Below are positions 8,941-17,181 of a stretch of DNA of 64,000 nucleotides, in pieces. How positions within the stretch are numbered: the first letter of the stretch is position 1; the number at the start of each line of letters is the position of its first letter. The translations under genes and the position numbers were made by a program. The stretch comes from a virus. Taxonomy: Duplodnaviria; Heunggongvirae; Uroviricota; Caudoviricetes. Below the pieces are notes generated by a model that worked only from the letters and a program-made list of their open reading frames with translations, ran no database searches and was not told the DNA's origin. The DNA lies in the IMG/VR virus record IMGVR_UViG_3300035208_001992; one strand, 5' to 3'.

Positions 8941-9018
8941 GCGGTTCCTCCAATGGGGTTCGAGTGGTTCGAAGTCGCGTTGCTGGACTTGCACCAGCGC
9001 TACTAAAATTTACCGCGA

Positions 9019-9058
9019 GAAACAATGAAGACGGACCCGCGTTAGCGAGCCCGTCTTT
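9019..9058 (-). terminator. Rho-independent terminator
   Basis: AAGACGGGCTCGC-TAAC-GCGGGTCCGTCTT then CATTGTTT on the - strand. Confidence 0.7.
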
Positions 9059-9073
9059 CTATGGGTTGATGGA

Positions 9074-9565
9074 TCAGCGAGCAGCGCGACGCAGAGGAGC
9101 GGCGGGAGGAGCAGCGCGGCGAGCAGGAGCAGCGGGAGCTGCAGCGGCCTTGCCGACCTTGCCGGGAACTGCGGAACGAGCCTTGGCTGGAGCCGCGTCC
9201 TTCTCCTTGGGCACGCGGATTTCCTTGATGGAATCCCAGGTGATGAAGCGCACGTTGCCGTTGGCGCTGACGAGCAAGCCGGCTGCCGTGACTTCCTCGA
9301 GGACGAAGCGCTTGCTGGCGATCTCGGGTGTCTCGATATTCACGGAGACCTGGACGCCCTGCTTGATCATCTTGGGCTTGCCATCCGTGCTCTTGGTCAT
9401 GACCCAGTGCTTGGGCACGGTCGTGACGTACGCGGAGCCGAACGAAGTGAAGCTGATCGTGTAATCGGTTGCAGTGCCGCCGATGACCGTGCCGCTGACC
9501 GTGCCGAAGATTTCCTTGATGCGGAAGTTGAGGGACTGTCCGATGTAGTCGCTGAGCTTTGCCAT
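9074..9565 (-). CDS. Hypothetical protein; possible tandem small beta-barrel (Sm/SH3-like) with an Ala/Pro/Arg tail
   Basis: AAGGA RBS before ATG 9565; C-biased codons; beta-rich pattern resembling Sm1 (IGQSLNF..GTVSGTVIG) and Sm2 (RFITWDSIKEI). Confidence 0.7.
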   Translation of the reverse strand: MAKLSDYIGQSLNFRIKEIFGTVSGTVIGGTATDYTISFTSFGSAYVTTVPKHWVMTKSTDGKPKMIKQGVQVSVNIETPEIASKRFVLEEVTAAGLLVSANGNVRFITWDSIKEIRVPKEKDAAPAKARSAVPGKVGKAAAAPAAPARRAAPPAAPLRRAAR

Positions 9566-9654
9566 GATAGTTGTCCTTGATGGATTGTTGGTTGCGATCG
9601 TCAGGCATTGGTAGAGTGACAGCTGCCTGACGAAGGCTGGCACTAGTTGGATGC

Positions 9655-9747
9655 AAAGTGGAACTATTTGTGGCAGTTCCACAGTCACTACCCAATTAAA
9701 ATATAATCACACTTTAGCAAAATTGTTCAACAACTCTTGCTAAAGTG
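9655..9747 (-). promoter_or_regulatory. Regulatory region: leader motif variant, TATATTT box and 11-bp inverted repeat
   Basis: GCCACAAATAGTTCCACTTT at 9655-9674; CACTTTAGCAA-N16-TTGCTAAAGTG at 9710-9747. Confidence 0.65.
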
Positions 9748-9755
9748 AGATGTGA

Positions 9756-9980
9756 TCAACTTTGGGGTGCTTCTTTCGGCTTCAGATCAATGAGCAGCGT
9801 ACGCACTTCGCGAAGCGCGTTGCGTTGCTCTGCTGAAAGCTTTTGGAACTCGCGGCCAACGCAAGCGCGCTCGACAACGTCAAGCGCGTTCACAGCAGCA
9901 ACGCGTGTCTCTTGAAGCACCATGACATTCGCTTGGTAGACCAGGCCTTTTGCCTGGTCCTTGACTTTGACTGTTGACAT
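9756..9980 (-). CDS. Hypothetical protein
   Basis: 74-aa ORF with a GAGGTG RBS. Confidence 0.65.
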   Translation of the reverse strand: MSTVKVKDQAKGLVYQANVMVLQETRVAAVNALDVVERACVGREFQKLSAEQRNALREVRTLLIDLKPKEAPQS

Positions 9981-9989
9981 TGCATCACC

Positions 9990-10892
9990 TCATTCGGTTG
10001 GACGTGCTTCGACGATCGGGAGCTTTGCTGTGACGATGCGACCATCGACCTTCGCTTGGATAACGACGTTCTTGCCCTTGAAGCCAACGACACGAGCGCT
10101 AACAGGGCCTTCAACTCCGGCAAGGCGCGTCTTGATGATTTCACCAAGGCGATAGCCATAGCGATCTTCCAGCGTCTTCTCGCGATGGATCGTGTCGAGC
10201 TGCGAAGTGATGACGTCGAATTCGCCACGTGTTGTGCCGCGAACAGCAGCGAGCAGCTCGATGAATTCTGGCGTTGCACGCTTGTTGTCGATTTTGAATT
10301 TGCCGCATGCAGAGTTGTTTGCGCGGCGGACGAGCTCGTCAGGAGTTTTGTCACCCTTGATGCGCATGACCTGAATCACTGCAAGTGGACAGTGCTGTGC
10401 GCTCGCGAGATATGTCTCCATGAACTCCGGGTCGTCGCGACGCGCGTCGTTGAGCGCCAAGAACTTCGAGCACGACCCGCAGTTGTAACCGAACGGAACG
10501 TCAGAAGCCGGAGGACCAGGATCGAGATGAGTTGTGTCAACGAACTGGTCGCCGCTCAACGAAGCCTGATTGGGGTCTTCGGGATTGATCCGTGCGTTGC
10601 GCTGGCCAAGGCCAGCGATGGCCCGATCATTGAGAGGCTTGACGGAACGATCAATGCGATTGGGGTTAGGCGCGACGCGCCTTGGATTCGGAGCTGCCGG
10701 ACGCACAGGTGCCTTTGGCAGTTGCTGCCTGGTCACGAGAACTGGTGGTTGCGTGACAGGCCGAGCTGCTTGACGCACAGGCGCAGGCGCTTGACGCGTT
10801 GTAGTTGGCGCAGGTGCTTGCGCCCTGGCATTAGCCTGGCGAGAAGCGGCGAGAGCAGCCAAGCGAGAGTTTTGTGGGTTGTTGGGCATCAT
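9990..10892 (-). CDS. Hypothetical protein: disordered N-terminus, four-Cys domain, C-terminal SH3/KOW-like domain
   Basis: Q/A/P-rich N-terminus; CGSC...HC...AC; AGGAG RBS; two upstream promoter-motif variants. Confidence 0.7.
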   Translation of the reverse strand: MMPNNPQNSRLAALAASRQANARAQAPAPTTTRQAPAPVRQAARPVTQPPVLVTRQQLPKAPVRPAAPNPRRVAPNPNRIDRSVKPLNDRAIAGLGQRNARINPEDPNQASLSGDQFVDTTHLDPGPPASDVPFGYNCGSCSKFLALNDARRDDPEFMETYLASAQHCPLAVIQVMRIKGDKTPDELVRRANNSACGKFKIDNKRATPEFIELLAAVRGTTRGEFDVITSQLDTIHREKTLEDRYGYRLGEIIKTRLAGVEGPVSARVVGFKGKNVVIQAKVDGRIVTAKLPIVEARPTE

Positions 10893-10961
10893 ATACTCCT
10901 GGGGTTTGTGTTGGGTTGGGTTTAGCGAAAGAGCTCAGTGGTCTTTGTGCCACGTATTTCC

Positions 10962-11001
10962 TCTTTACAAAGTTTGCTCAATCATCAATGTTTACAAAGT
11001 T
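10962..11001 (-). promoter_or_regulatory. Two tandem variants of the AASNTTGTAAA motif
   Basis: AACTTTGTAAAGA at 10962-10974 and AACTTTGTAAACA at 10989-11001, both on the - strand. Confidence 0.55.
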
Positions 11002-11006
11002 AACGT

Positions 11007-11735
11007 TCAGTCGAATACAACCTCCTGACGTTTTTCATATTGAAGATCAATGACGCGAGCTTCAGATCTTCTGCGTTGTTGGAACGCAACAGCTTCAGGT
11101 CCTTCCCAACTATCATGGTACGTTGAGATGCGTTCTGCAAGCCTCTTCCAATTCTTTGAAGCAAGTGATGGCTTGATTGGTTTGACACTTCCTGTATGGA
11201 TCACGAAGCTTAGGGCTACTGTGCGCACTTCTGGAGGGGCGTCAACGAATGACGGAACTGACTGCTCGATGACTGACATATACTGTACGTATTGACGGAT
11301 CGCGATTTGGTGCTGCTCGCACTTGGTGATGGAGAAGTTTGGATGGCGCGCTACCCAGCGGCGGGCAGCGTCACCACGCAATCCGTTGGCTGACAATGCT
11401 TCCTTCAACATATGTGGAGACACAATCGGCTCAAGGATAGCTCTGACGCGCTTAGCGCCAGCATTACCTAAGTCGAGTCCTTGCGCAATTGTTGGTCCTG
11501 ATCGATCTGAAGGAACGTACGGAGTTAGACTTTCGCCTTCGAACGATCGCAAAATCTCGAGATGGACATTGAGTGTTGCTGCTTGCGTATCCCACTCACG
11601 ACATAGCTGCGCGTCATTGAATCCAACAACAGCCATGTCAAACTTATGTGATACGAATTCAAATGCTTGGCTCATCGAGATTGAGCTAGCAAACCCAACC
11701 ATTATTGCAACGGCTCGTCTAGTGATGTGTCTCAT
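11007..11735 (-). CDS. Pesticin C-terminal-type lysozyme (putative endolysin) with an N-terminal signal-like segment
   Basis: FEG..LTPYVPS..SGPTIAQGLDLG matches the pesticin-like muramidase YxP..SGxTIxxGxDLG motif; C-terminal RRRSEA. Confidence 0.8.
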   Translation of the reverse strand: MRHITRRAVAIMVGFASSISMSQAFEFVSHKFDMAVVGFNDAQLCREWDTQAATLNVHLEILRSFEGESLTPYVPSDRSGPTIAQGLDLGNAGAKRVRAILEPIVSPHMLKEALSANGLRGDAARRWVARHPNFSITKCEQHQIAIRQYVQYMSVIEQSVPSFVDAPPEVRTVALSFVIHTGSVKPIKPSLASKNWKRLAERISTYHDSWEGPEAVAFQQRRRSEARVIDLQYEKRQEVVFD

Positions 11736-12103
11736 AGCTTGACCTTGATGAAGGTTGAGGCAACGACCGAGCCAAGGTTACGCAACAAACGTTGCACACC
11801 ATTGAGAGGCTTCGGCACATGATACCTAATGAAAGAAGATTTGCCGTCTGGAGTCTTCTCGTCTTGCGACTCGTACAAATCAAACCAACCAACGCGCGCG
11901 TTTGACGTGTCGTCATGTCTGCGCTTGAACGCGTCCATCAACAACGCGCTGATCTCATGTTGGAGCACAGGCACTCCAGGCCCTGTGATTGCTCGCACAG
12001 CAAGCTTGATCTCCAAAGAGCTGATCGGCCGCTGTGCTTTGGTCCATTCGCGCATAACGCGATTGAAGATCTCGGTATCCCATGCTGGATTGACGTTGAA
12101 CAT
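11732..12103 (-). CDS. Hypothetical protein
   Basis: AGGAG RBS before ATG 12103 (MFNVNPAW); the longer track start overlaps the upstream gene. Confidence 0.65.
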   Translation of the reverse strand: MFNVNPAWDTEIFNRVMREWTKAQRPISSLEIKLAVRAITGPGVPVLQHEISALLMDAFKRRHDDTSNARVGWFDLYESQDEKTPDGKSSFIRYHVPKPLNGVQRLLRNLGSVVASTFIKVKL

Positions 12104-12116
12104 GGTTGTTCTCCTG

Positions 12117-13109
12117 TTAGGTTGCGATGTGTATTTTGTTGATGATGACACGTTTATGATCTCGCACGCACCATTCCGGTCTTTTGAATGCCGAAGTATA
12201 AGCGTCGCGACTGAGATCAAAGTCTGGCTTTGTCTTATTGATGTGAGTTGAAGTAATCGTCTCAAGATTATCTAAGATCACATCGCATTCGAGCAGAACC
12301 AGTTTCGTGTCACACATATCCGTTGCTGTTGACGCAAATTGTCTAAGACGATTAGCAATGTAAGTGTGCTTACCACTCTTTGACAAAGACGATCGTGGCC
12401 TTGTAGCAAATGTGAACGCCTTATCGTATTTACCAAGATAGATTCCAGGGCCAAGTGCTCCTCTCCTAGAACAAAGCAGTCCATGCTGCAGTATGTAAGC
12501 GATGTTAGATCTCCATGTGCCGTGGAACAGTACTGTGACCTGATGCGTAGCACTGTCACTACCAAGATATGACAAGAACTGTTCCGCGTTTGGAGGGTTA
12601 CCAACGTCGATCACGTTGTTGCCGACTTTAAGTTGCCTCAAAGTTGCTAGTTCACTGCTGATGCCGAGATGAGCTAAAGCGTCGAAGTTGTGTGAGGCAT
12701 CATGGTCTGTCTTGAACAGCCTGAGTGAGCTGATAAAATCTCCAGCTGAAACAAGTTGTCCGTCTATTGCATATGACTTGTAGCACAACAGCTGCTTTTG
12801 CGATTTGTCGAAAGGTTTTTCATGCGTGCGATGACACCATAAAATGACGTCGATTGCGCTATTGAATGTTAGCCAACGATAAGAAACAACAACCGCAGTC
12901 TCATAGTGGATCTCGTACTTGCGAGCGATGAAGTTGTAAGACTTCCATGGATACGCATCTTTGTTGTGCGTCTTAGTCTCTACTTCGTACTTGATCGCAA
13001 AACTTGATTGCGGTGTTGCTTCTTTGCATGGCTCATAAATCTTGAATGGCTTATCATGCGTTAGCTTGAGTGCGGCGCTCTTGATGTCAGAGATCAGCTC
13101 GCTCCTCAT
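12117..13109 (-). CDS. ADP-ribosyltransferase, PARP-like H-Y-E class
   Basis: LFHGTW..NIAYILQHGL, GALGPGIYL, VLLECDV, PEWCV; GGAGG RBS. Confidence 0.8.
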   Translation of the reverse strand: MRSELISDIKSAALKLTHDKPFKIYEPCKEATPQSSFAIKYEVETKTHNKDAYPWKSYNFIARKYEIHYETAVVVSYRWLTFNSAIDVILWCHRTHEKPFDKSQKQLLCYKSYAIDGQLVSAGDFISSLRLFKTDHDASHNFDALAHLGISSELATLRQLKVGNNVIDVGNPPNAEQFLSYLGSDSATHQVTVLFHGTWRSNIAYILQHGLLCSRRGALGPGIYLGKYDKAFTFATRPRSSLSKSGKHTYIANRLRQFASTATDMCDTKLVLLECDVILDNLETITSTHINKTKPDFDLSRDAYTSAFKRPEWCVRDHKRVIINKIHIAT

Positions 13110-13124
13110 TGTGTACCTCCTCTG

Positions 13125-13592
13125 CTAAAGTGTGACTTTGAATATGTCGAGCTTGAAGCTCAATGCCTTTTCTTTTCGACCAAACAATGGCTTCTGCCTT
13201 TGCTGGCAGTTGCCGGCATGGAACTTGACAAAAACTTGCGTCCATGTCTGAAGCTGCGTTTGAAGATCAGCGATCTGCTTTCGAATGTTGTCCATGCGCT
13301 TTGAAGCAAACTCGCGCTTGTCGATGAGACGCTCGTCAAGCACAGCGTTCAATTCGGTTGACGTTGTCTGCAAATCGATATAGCAATCAGAATACAACAA
13401 TTTCTGTCCAGTCTTATCCGCGCGGATAAGACGCTTTTGCGCAGCCTTGAAAAGTTCACAGCCGCGTGTTGACAGCTCGATGTCGCGCTTCTTCATGTCG
13501 AAGCGGATGTGACGGCTGTCGAGCGTGACATTTGTTGTAGTGGCGGTCTTAGTATTCCGCACTACTGCTTTGATCTGTGCTGTGTTAGCCAT
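13125..13592 (-). CDS. Hypothetical protein with a coiled-coil C-terminus (start uncertain, 13592 or 13622)
   Basis: ORF in a coupled operon. Confidence 0.6.
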   Translation of the reverse strand: MANTAQIKAVVRNTKTATTTNVTLDSRHIRFDMKKRDIELSTRGCELFKAAQKRLIRADKTGQKLLYSDCYIDLQTTSTELNAVLDERLIDKREFASKRMDNIRKQIADLQTQLQTWTQVFVKFHAGNCQQRQKPLFGRKEKALSFKLDIFKVTL

Positions 13593-14040
13593 GATTGGCA
13601 GTCCAAGTCTCGCGGATCGCATTGCGAACGTTCGAAGTCAGTTCGACGTCGATCGCAGACACTGCAATACGGTCTTTGATGAATGAGAAAGCCAAAGCCG
13701 CGTCCACGTCAATGAGCCGATTTCTGCTGACGTCAACTGCTTCTTCGCTGACCGTGAATTGATAAGCAAGTGAAACGCGCTTGTGGACGTCTTCCCACTG
13801 TTCTGACGACTGCACGAACATCATGTCATTGGATTCAATCCAAGATTTGTCATTGCTGAGTAGCAGCATAACAAGATCCTTGCACGGGTCGTACAACGCA
13901 GGCTCACGTCCGAGCAGCTGCCAAACGCTGCGACCGACATTGTCGACGTTGTGATGAGTCTCGCGAGTCGGCACGAGGACTAGCGGGAAATAGCCTTGGT
14001 CCTTGTATTGAGCGATGATGTAGTCAAGGTTGATCTTCAT
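13585..14040 (-). CDS. Hypothetical protein
   Basis: 151-aa ORF with an AGGAG RBS. Confidence 0.7.
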   Translation of the reverse strand: MKINLDYIIAQYKDQGYFPLVLVPTRETHHNVDNVGRSVWQLLGREPALYDPCKDLVMLLLSNDKSWIESNDMMFVQSSEQWEDVHKRVSLAYQFTVSEEAVDVSRNRLIDVDAALAFSFIKDRIAVSAIDVELTSNVRNAIRETWTANHG

Positions 14041-14062
14041 TGTTTGTCTCCTGTTGTTAGTC

Positions 14063-14410
14063 TTATTTGATGAGCTTGTCGAGCAGCACTACCAGTTCAT
14101 CGATCTCGCGTCCACGAACGTCTGCGCGAGCCATGATCTCGTCGTTGATGAACGCGTTGACGCATGAGTCATCGGCGGTTGCTTCCAGCAATGTCATAGC
14201 AGCAATTGAGTCTGCTGTCGCTTCTTGACGAAGTGTCGCAAGACGGTTTGCAACATCAATTTTACGTTCTGCAAGATCATTGTAGTTGTTGACCATGTAG
14301 ATCAAGCAACAGATCAATGCAATTACAAAACAGATGCCGCAATACACGTTCACCATGTATGCTTTACGCGGCAATTGATCGAACCGAATCAGTGGTGGTT
14401 TATCAAACAT
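14063..14410 (-). CDS. Hypothetical single-pass membrane protein
   Basis: Hydrophobic VYCGICFVIALICCLIYMV followed by a helical region; GGAG RBS. Confidence 0.65.
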   Translation of the reverse strand: MFDKPPLIRFDQLPRKAYMVNVYCGICFVIALICCLIYMVNNYNDLAERKIDVANRLATLRQEATADSIAAMTLLEATADDSCVNAFINDEIMARADVRGREIDELVVLLDKLIK

Positions 14411-15089
14411 TGTTAGTCTCCTTCGCGCTCTTTTCGGCGCGTATTTGTTTGAGTAACTCGTTGAGCGACTTGATCTTGTGCTTGATCATGAAAGCCTTTG
14501 GCGAAACAGGACCAATTGACATGCGGGCTTTCAAGAACAAGAGACCATAGTATGGCTTGAGCAACTTCTGATCCAAGATGCTAAGTGTAAATTCGTGTCC
14601 GTTGCAGCTCACACTGATACATCCAGTCGGATAAACGCGCACGCCAGGAGCAAAATCATTGCTGCCTTCAAGGTTGCAACGACTACGCGTCATGGCTCGG
14701 ATATACTCAAGTGCTGCTCTGTCGTCATTGCCCGGATACAGATTATGATCGAACGAGATGCGCGCTTGCTCGTACAGCTTCGCGAACTGATTGAGCAAAA
14801 TGATCTCACCAGACGTGAGACGCGTTCTGTCGATTGAATAGGTCGCTAGCAACTTTGCGCAACGTTGATCATTAGCTCGGCGCTCGAGATAGTTGGCTGC
14901 CTCCCTCAAAGCATTTGGAAGAGTATGACCTTTTGCTGGAGTGACGAGCGCTTCTTGCAATTGCCCGTCAATTACTGGATGGGCAAACCAACCCCAAATA
15001 TCCCTATCAGGATCAAGCCAGCGCTCACGCAGTTCGACTTCATTGCCAAGCCCGTCTTTGAGTTCATGGAATCCGCGATATGTTGACAT
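14403..15089 (-). CDS. Hypothetical protein
   Basis: 228-aa ORF with a GAGGTG RBS, coupled to neighbours. Confidence 0.7.
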   Translation of the reverse strand: MSTYRGFHELKDGLGNEVELRERWLDPDRDIWGWFAHPVIDGQLQEALVTPAKGHTLPNALREAANYLERRANDQRCAKLLATYSIDRTRLTSGEIILLNQFAKLYEQARISFDHNLYPGNDDRAALEYIRAMTRSRCNLEGSNDFAPGVRVYPTGCISVSCNGHEFTLSILDQKLLKPYYGLLFLKARMSIGPVSPKAFMIKHKIKSLNELLKQIRAEKSAKETNNV

Positions 15090-15416
15090 TTAAGCCACCT
15101 CGCTCTTGAAGTAGAACGCGTTCTCAACGCGAGGCCGAGTCATGAAACTTCCGATGCGCAAGACTTTGCCGTCAATGCATGCGACGAGTTGCTCAAGTGC
15201 GCGTTGCTCGTCACTACCAAATCCGACAGCTGCGCAAGACATGTTGCCGTCAACTGCTGAGACATCATTCATGCTCGCTGAAATCGTTCCGTTCAATGTC
15301 TCACTGACAATGACAGTGAGCCCGAACATCGCAGTGAATTGCTTAAGCGTGATCCGCGCATCTTCGTGATCAGGCTTGATTGGCGCTATTGTGTGCTTGT
15401 TCATTGTTGACCTCAA
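15090..15416 (-). CDS. Hypothetical protein (start may be at MNKH)
   Basis: ORF in a coupled operon. Confidence 0.6.
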   Translation of the reverse strand: MRSTMNKHTIAPIKPDHEDARITLKQFTAMFGLTVIVSETLNGTISASMNDVSAVDGNMSCAAVGFGSDEQRALEQLVACIDGKVLRIGSFMTRPRVENAFYFKSEVA

Positions 15417-15655
15417 ACGTACTTGTCAGAGTGCTGAGTGAATCCGCAGTGCTGGCAAACACGAGCTTGGACAATCTTCGTGTTGCTATGCGTGTTGCTC
15501 TTAACCGAAGCAGTGACCCACTTCGAAAAAGAGTGTGCGCGTTCTGTGCAACGCGGAATGCGCGTGGCCAACCAATATGCTGAACCAATTATCAAGCTTG
15601 CAAGTGCGGCCATGGCTGCAATGATGATGAGAAATGTGCTAACACTTGTGTCCAT
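15413..15655 (-). CDS. Hypothetical small membrane protein
   Basis: N-terminal hydrophobic helix; GGAG RBS; first gene after the 15698 motif. Confidence 0.6.
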   Translation of the reverse strand: MDTSVSTFLIIIAAMAALASLIIGSAYWLATRIPRCTERAHSFSKWVTASVKSNTHSNTKIVQARVCQHCGFTQHSDKYV

Positions 15656-15697
15656 GATTGAATCTCCAGTGGCACAAGTTGAACCACGCTCTTCTCT

Positions 15698-15752
15698 AAA
15701 GTGGAAGAATTTGTGGCAAGCGCTATGTGCCTGAGCGCCTACTATAAATATA
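15698..15752 (-). promoter_or_regulatory. Leader motif GCCACAAATTCTTCCACTTT with an upstream TATATTT box
   Basis: Exact 20-nt copy at 15698-15717; TATATTT at 15746-15752. Confidence 0.65.
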
Positions 15753-15759
15753 CTACAAC

Positions 15760-17181
15760 TTAAGCCGCGCGTGTTTGACGTGGCTTTTGAACGCGTAGCT
15801 GTTTACCAGTCGCGTTGTCCGTTGCGCTAAAGCGAATCATCATTGGTGCGCCGACGTTGTTTGCGAGATCCAGAACTGTGCGCCAATGCTGTTGCGTCAC
15901 GAAGATGCAGTCATGCACAGTGAACCAAGCAATGGATGAATCAACCTTGTAGATTTCACGAAGCTTCGCAATGACGCGGTTCATGACGACTGTTTCGAAT
16001 TTGCGGCCGTACCATGACAATCGATCCTTGCCGTAGCGTATGGCCATGCGTCTGTTGTTGATCTCAATCACTTCGGCGACAAGAGGCCAACGCCGCTTGA
16101 AAGCTCGCATGATGCGTTCGCGATGATCTGTGCCTGGCTCAAAGCGTGGGTCGCGGAACATGAGCCACATGATCTCGCTCTTCACTTCGTCACGTGACAT
16201 GTTAGCTGCAGTAGCAATGACGCTGTAGAGATCTCCGTAGCAGCATCGCCGGTAATCCGCGAACTGCTTGTCCCAATTCTTGTGATCAATTGCTGAGCGT
16301 TCTGCGCCTGTGTACCAATCTTGAGACCAAGTAGATGCGTGTTGTAGCGCAATCCAGAATCCGATCAACGCTGGTTGCGCGTTGACAATGTCGATTGCAA
16401 CTAAAGTCTGTCCAGTTCGGATGTCATACGCGTCACTGCGACTTTGCCTCGACATGTAAGTCCAGAATGAGTGATAGCGCGACTTACGTTGAATGCACTC
16501 GGCATTGTACTTCCAAAGAAGGCCTTCAGCTTCAGCAGTCTCGAGTTCTATCTGGTTGCGATCTCGATCCATTGCCAGTGCACAAGCATTTGAGAGCATT
16601 GAATGCTCTTCGTGAGCCTCGTTAACTCTATTCTTTTGAGTCACTATTGGGAAGCTCATGTCATAATAGTCAGCGCGGATCCACGCGTCATTATCTCGGT
16701 TGTGAGATTTCTTGTACTCGTGCTTGGCAGTCTGCTCATTTCGCCGTGCAAGCCAACCAGCGTTGTCACGCAATGTGAATGTCTCAATTGGATCAGAGGC
16801 CTCTGCAAGTGTTATTGTAGTGACGCGTCCTTGTATCTTCGCTGTGATCACTCCATGGTCCATCAATGTGTTGGCACACGCACGTGCGATCGGCTGGTTC
16901 TTCTGGCTGCACTTGAGGCACTCAATGATCGTGCGCTTGTTGAAGTGAATGCGAGCCTTGCGGCGCTTGAGCGCTCCATCAATGTCAGAAATGCAACGGT
17001 CAATGATCTTCACTAAGCCAAGCTTCGAGCGCTCAGCCATCATGACAGGATTCTTGCACTCGATGTTGTTGAGCCAAAGCTCCTCGACTTCTCGAAACGC
17101 TGCACTGAGTTTTGGCAGCAGAGACTTCGGCAGGTGTACTGGTATGACCTTTTCTTCTGGCATGGCATCTCCATATGACAT
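15760..17181 (-). CDS. Minimal family-A / T7-RNAP-like polymerase core (TV-Pol-like) with an N-terminal putative DNA-binding region
   Basis: Motif A LVAIDIVNAQP, motif B RDEVKSEIMWLMF, motif C FTVHDCIFV in the correct order; no 3'-5' exonuclease domain. Confidence 0.65.
   Translation of the reverse strand: MSYGDAMPEEKVIPVHLPKSLLPKLSAAFREVEELWLNNIECKNPVMMAERSKLGLVKIIDRCISDIDGALKRRKARIHFNKRTIIECLKCSQKNQPIARACANTLMDHGVITAKIQGRVTTITLAEASDPIETFTLRDNAGWLARRNEQTAKHEYKKSHNRDNDAWIRADYYDMSFPIVTQKNRVNEAHEEHSMLSNACALAMDRDRNQIELETAEAEGLLWKYNAECIQRKSRYHSFWTYMSRQSRSDAYDIRTGQTLVAIDIVNAQPALIGFWIALQHASTWSQDWYTGAERSAIDHKNWDKQFADYRRCCYGDLYSVIATAANMSRDEVKSEIMWLMFRDPRFEPGTDHRERIMRAFKRRWPLVAEVIEINNRRMAIRYGKDRLSWYGRKFETVVMNRVIAKLREIYKVDSSIAWFTVHDCIFVTQQHWRTVLDLANNVGAPMMIRFSATDNATGKQLRVQKPRQTRAA

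Noticed and set aside
8958-9000. GGTTCGA sequences suggesting a tRNA T-loop (also near 17490 and 40022)
   Set aside because: No cloverleaf, D-arm, acceptor stem or CCA could be built.
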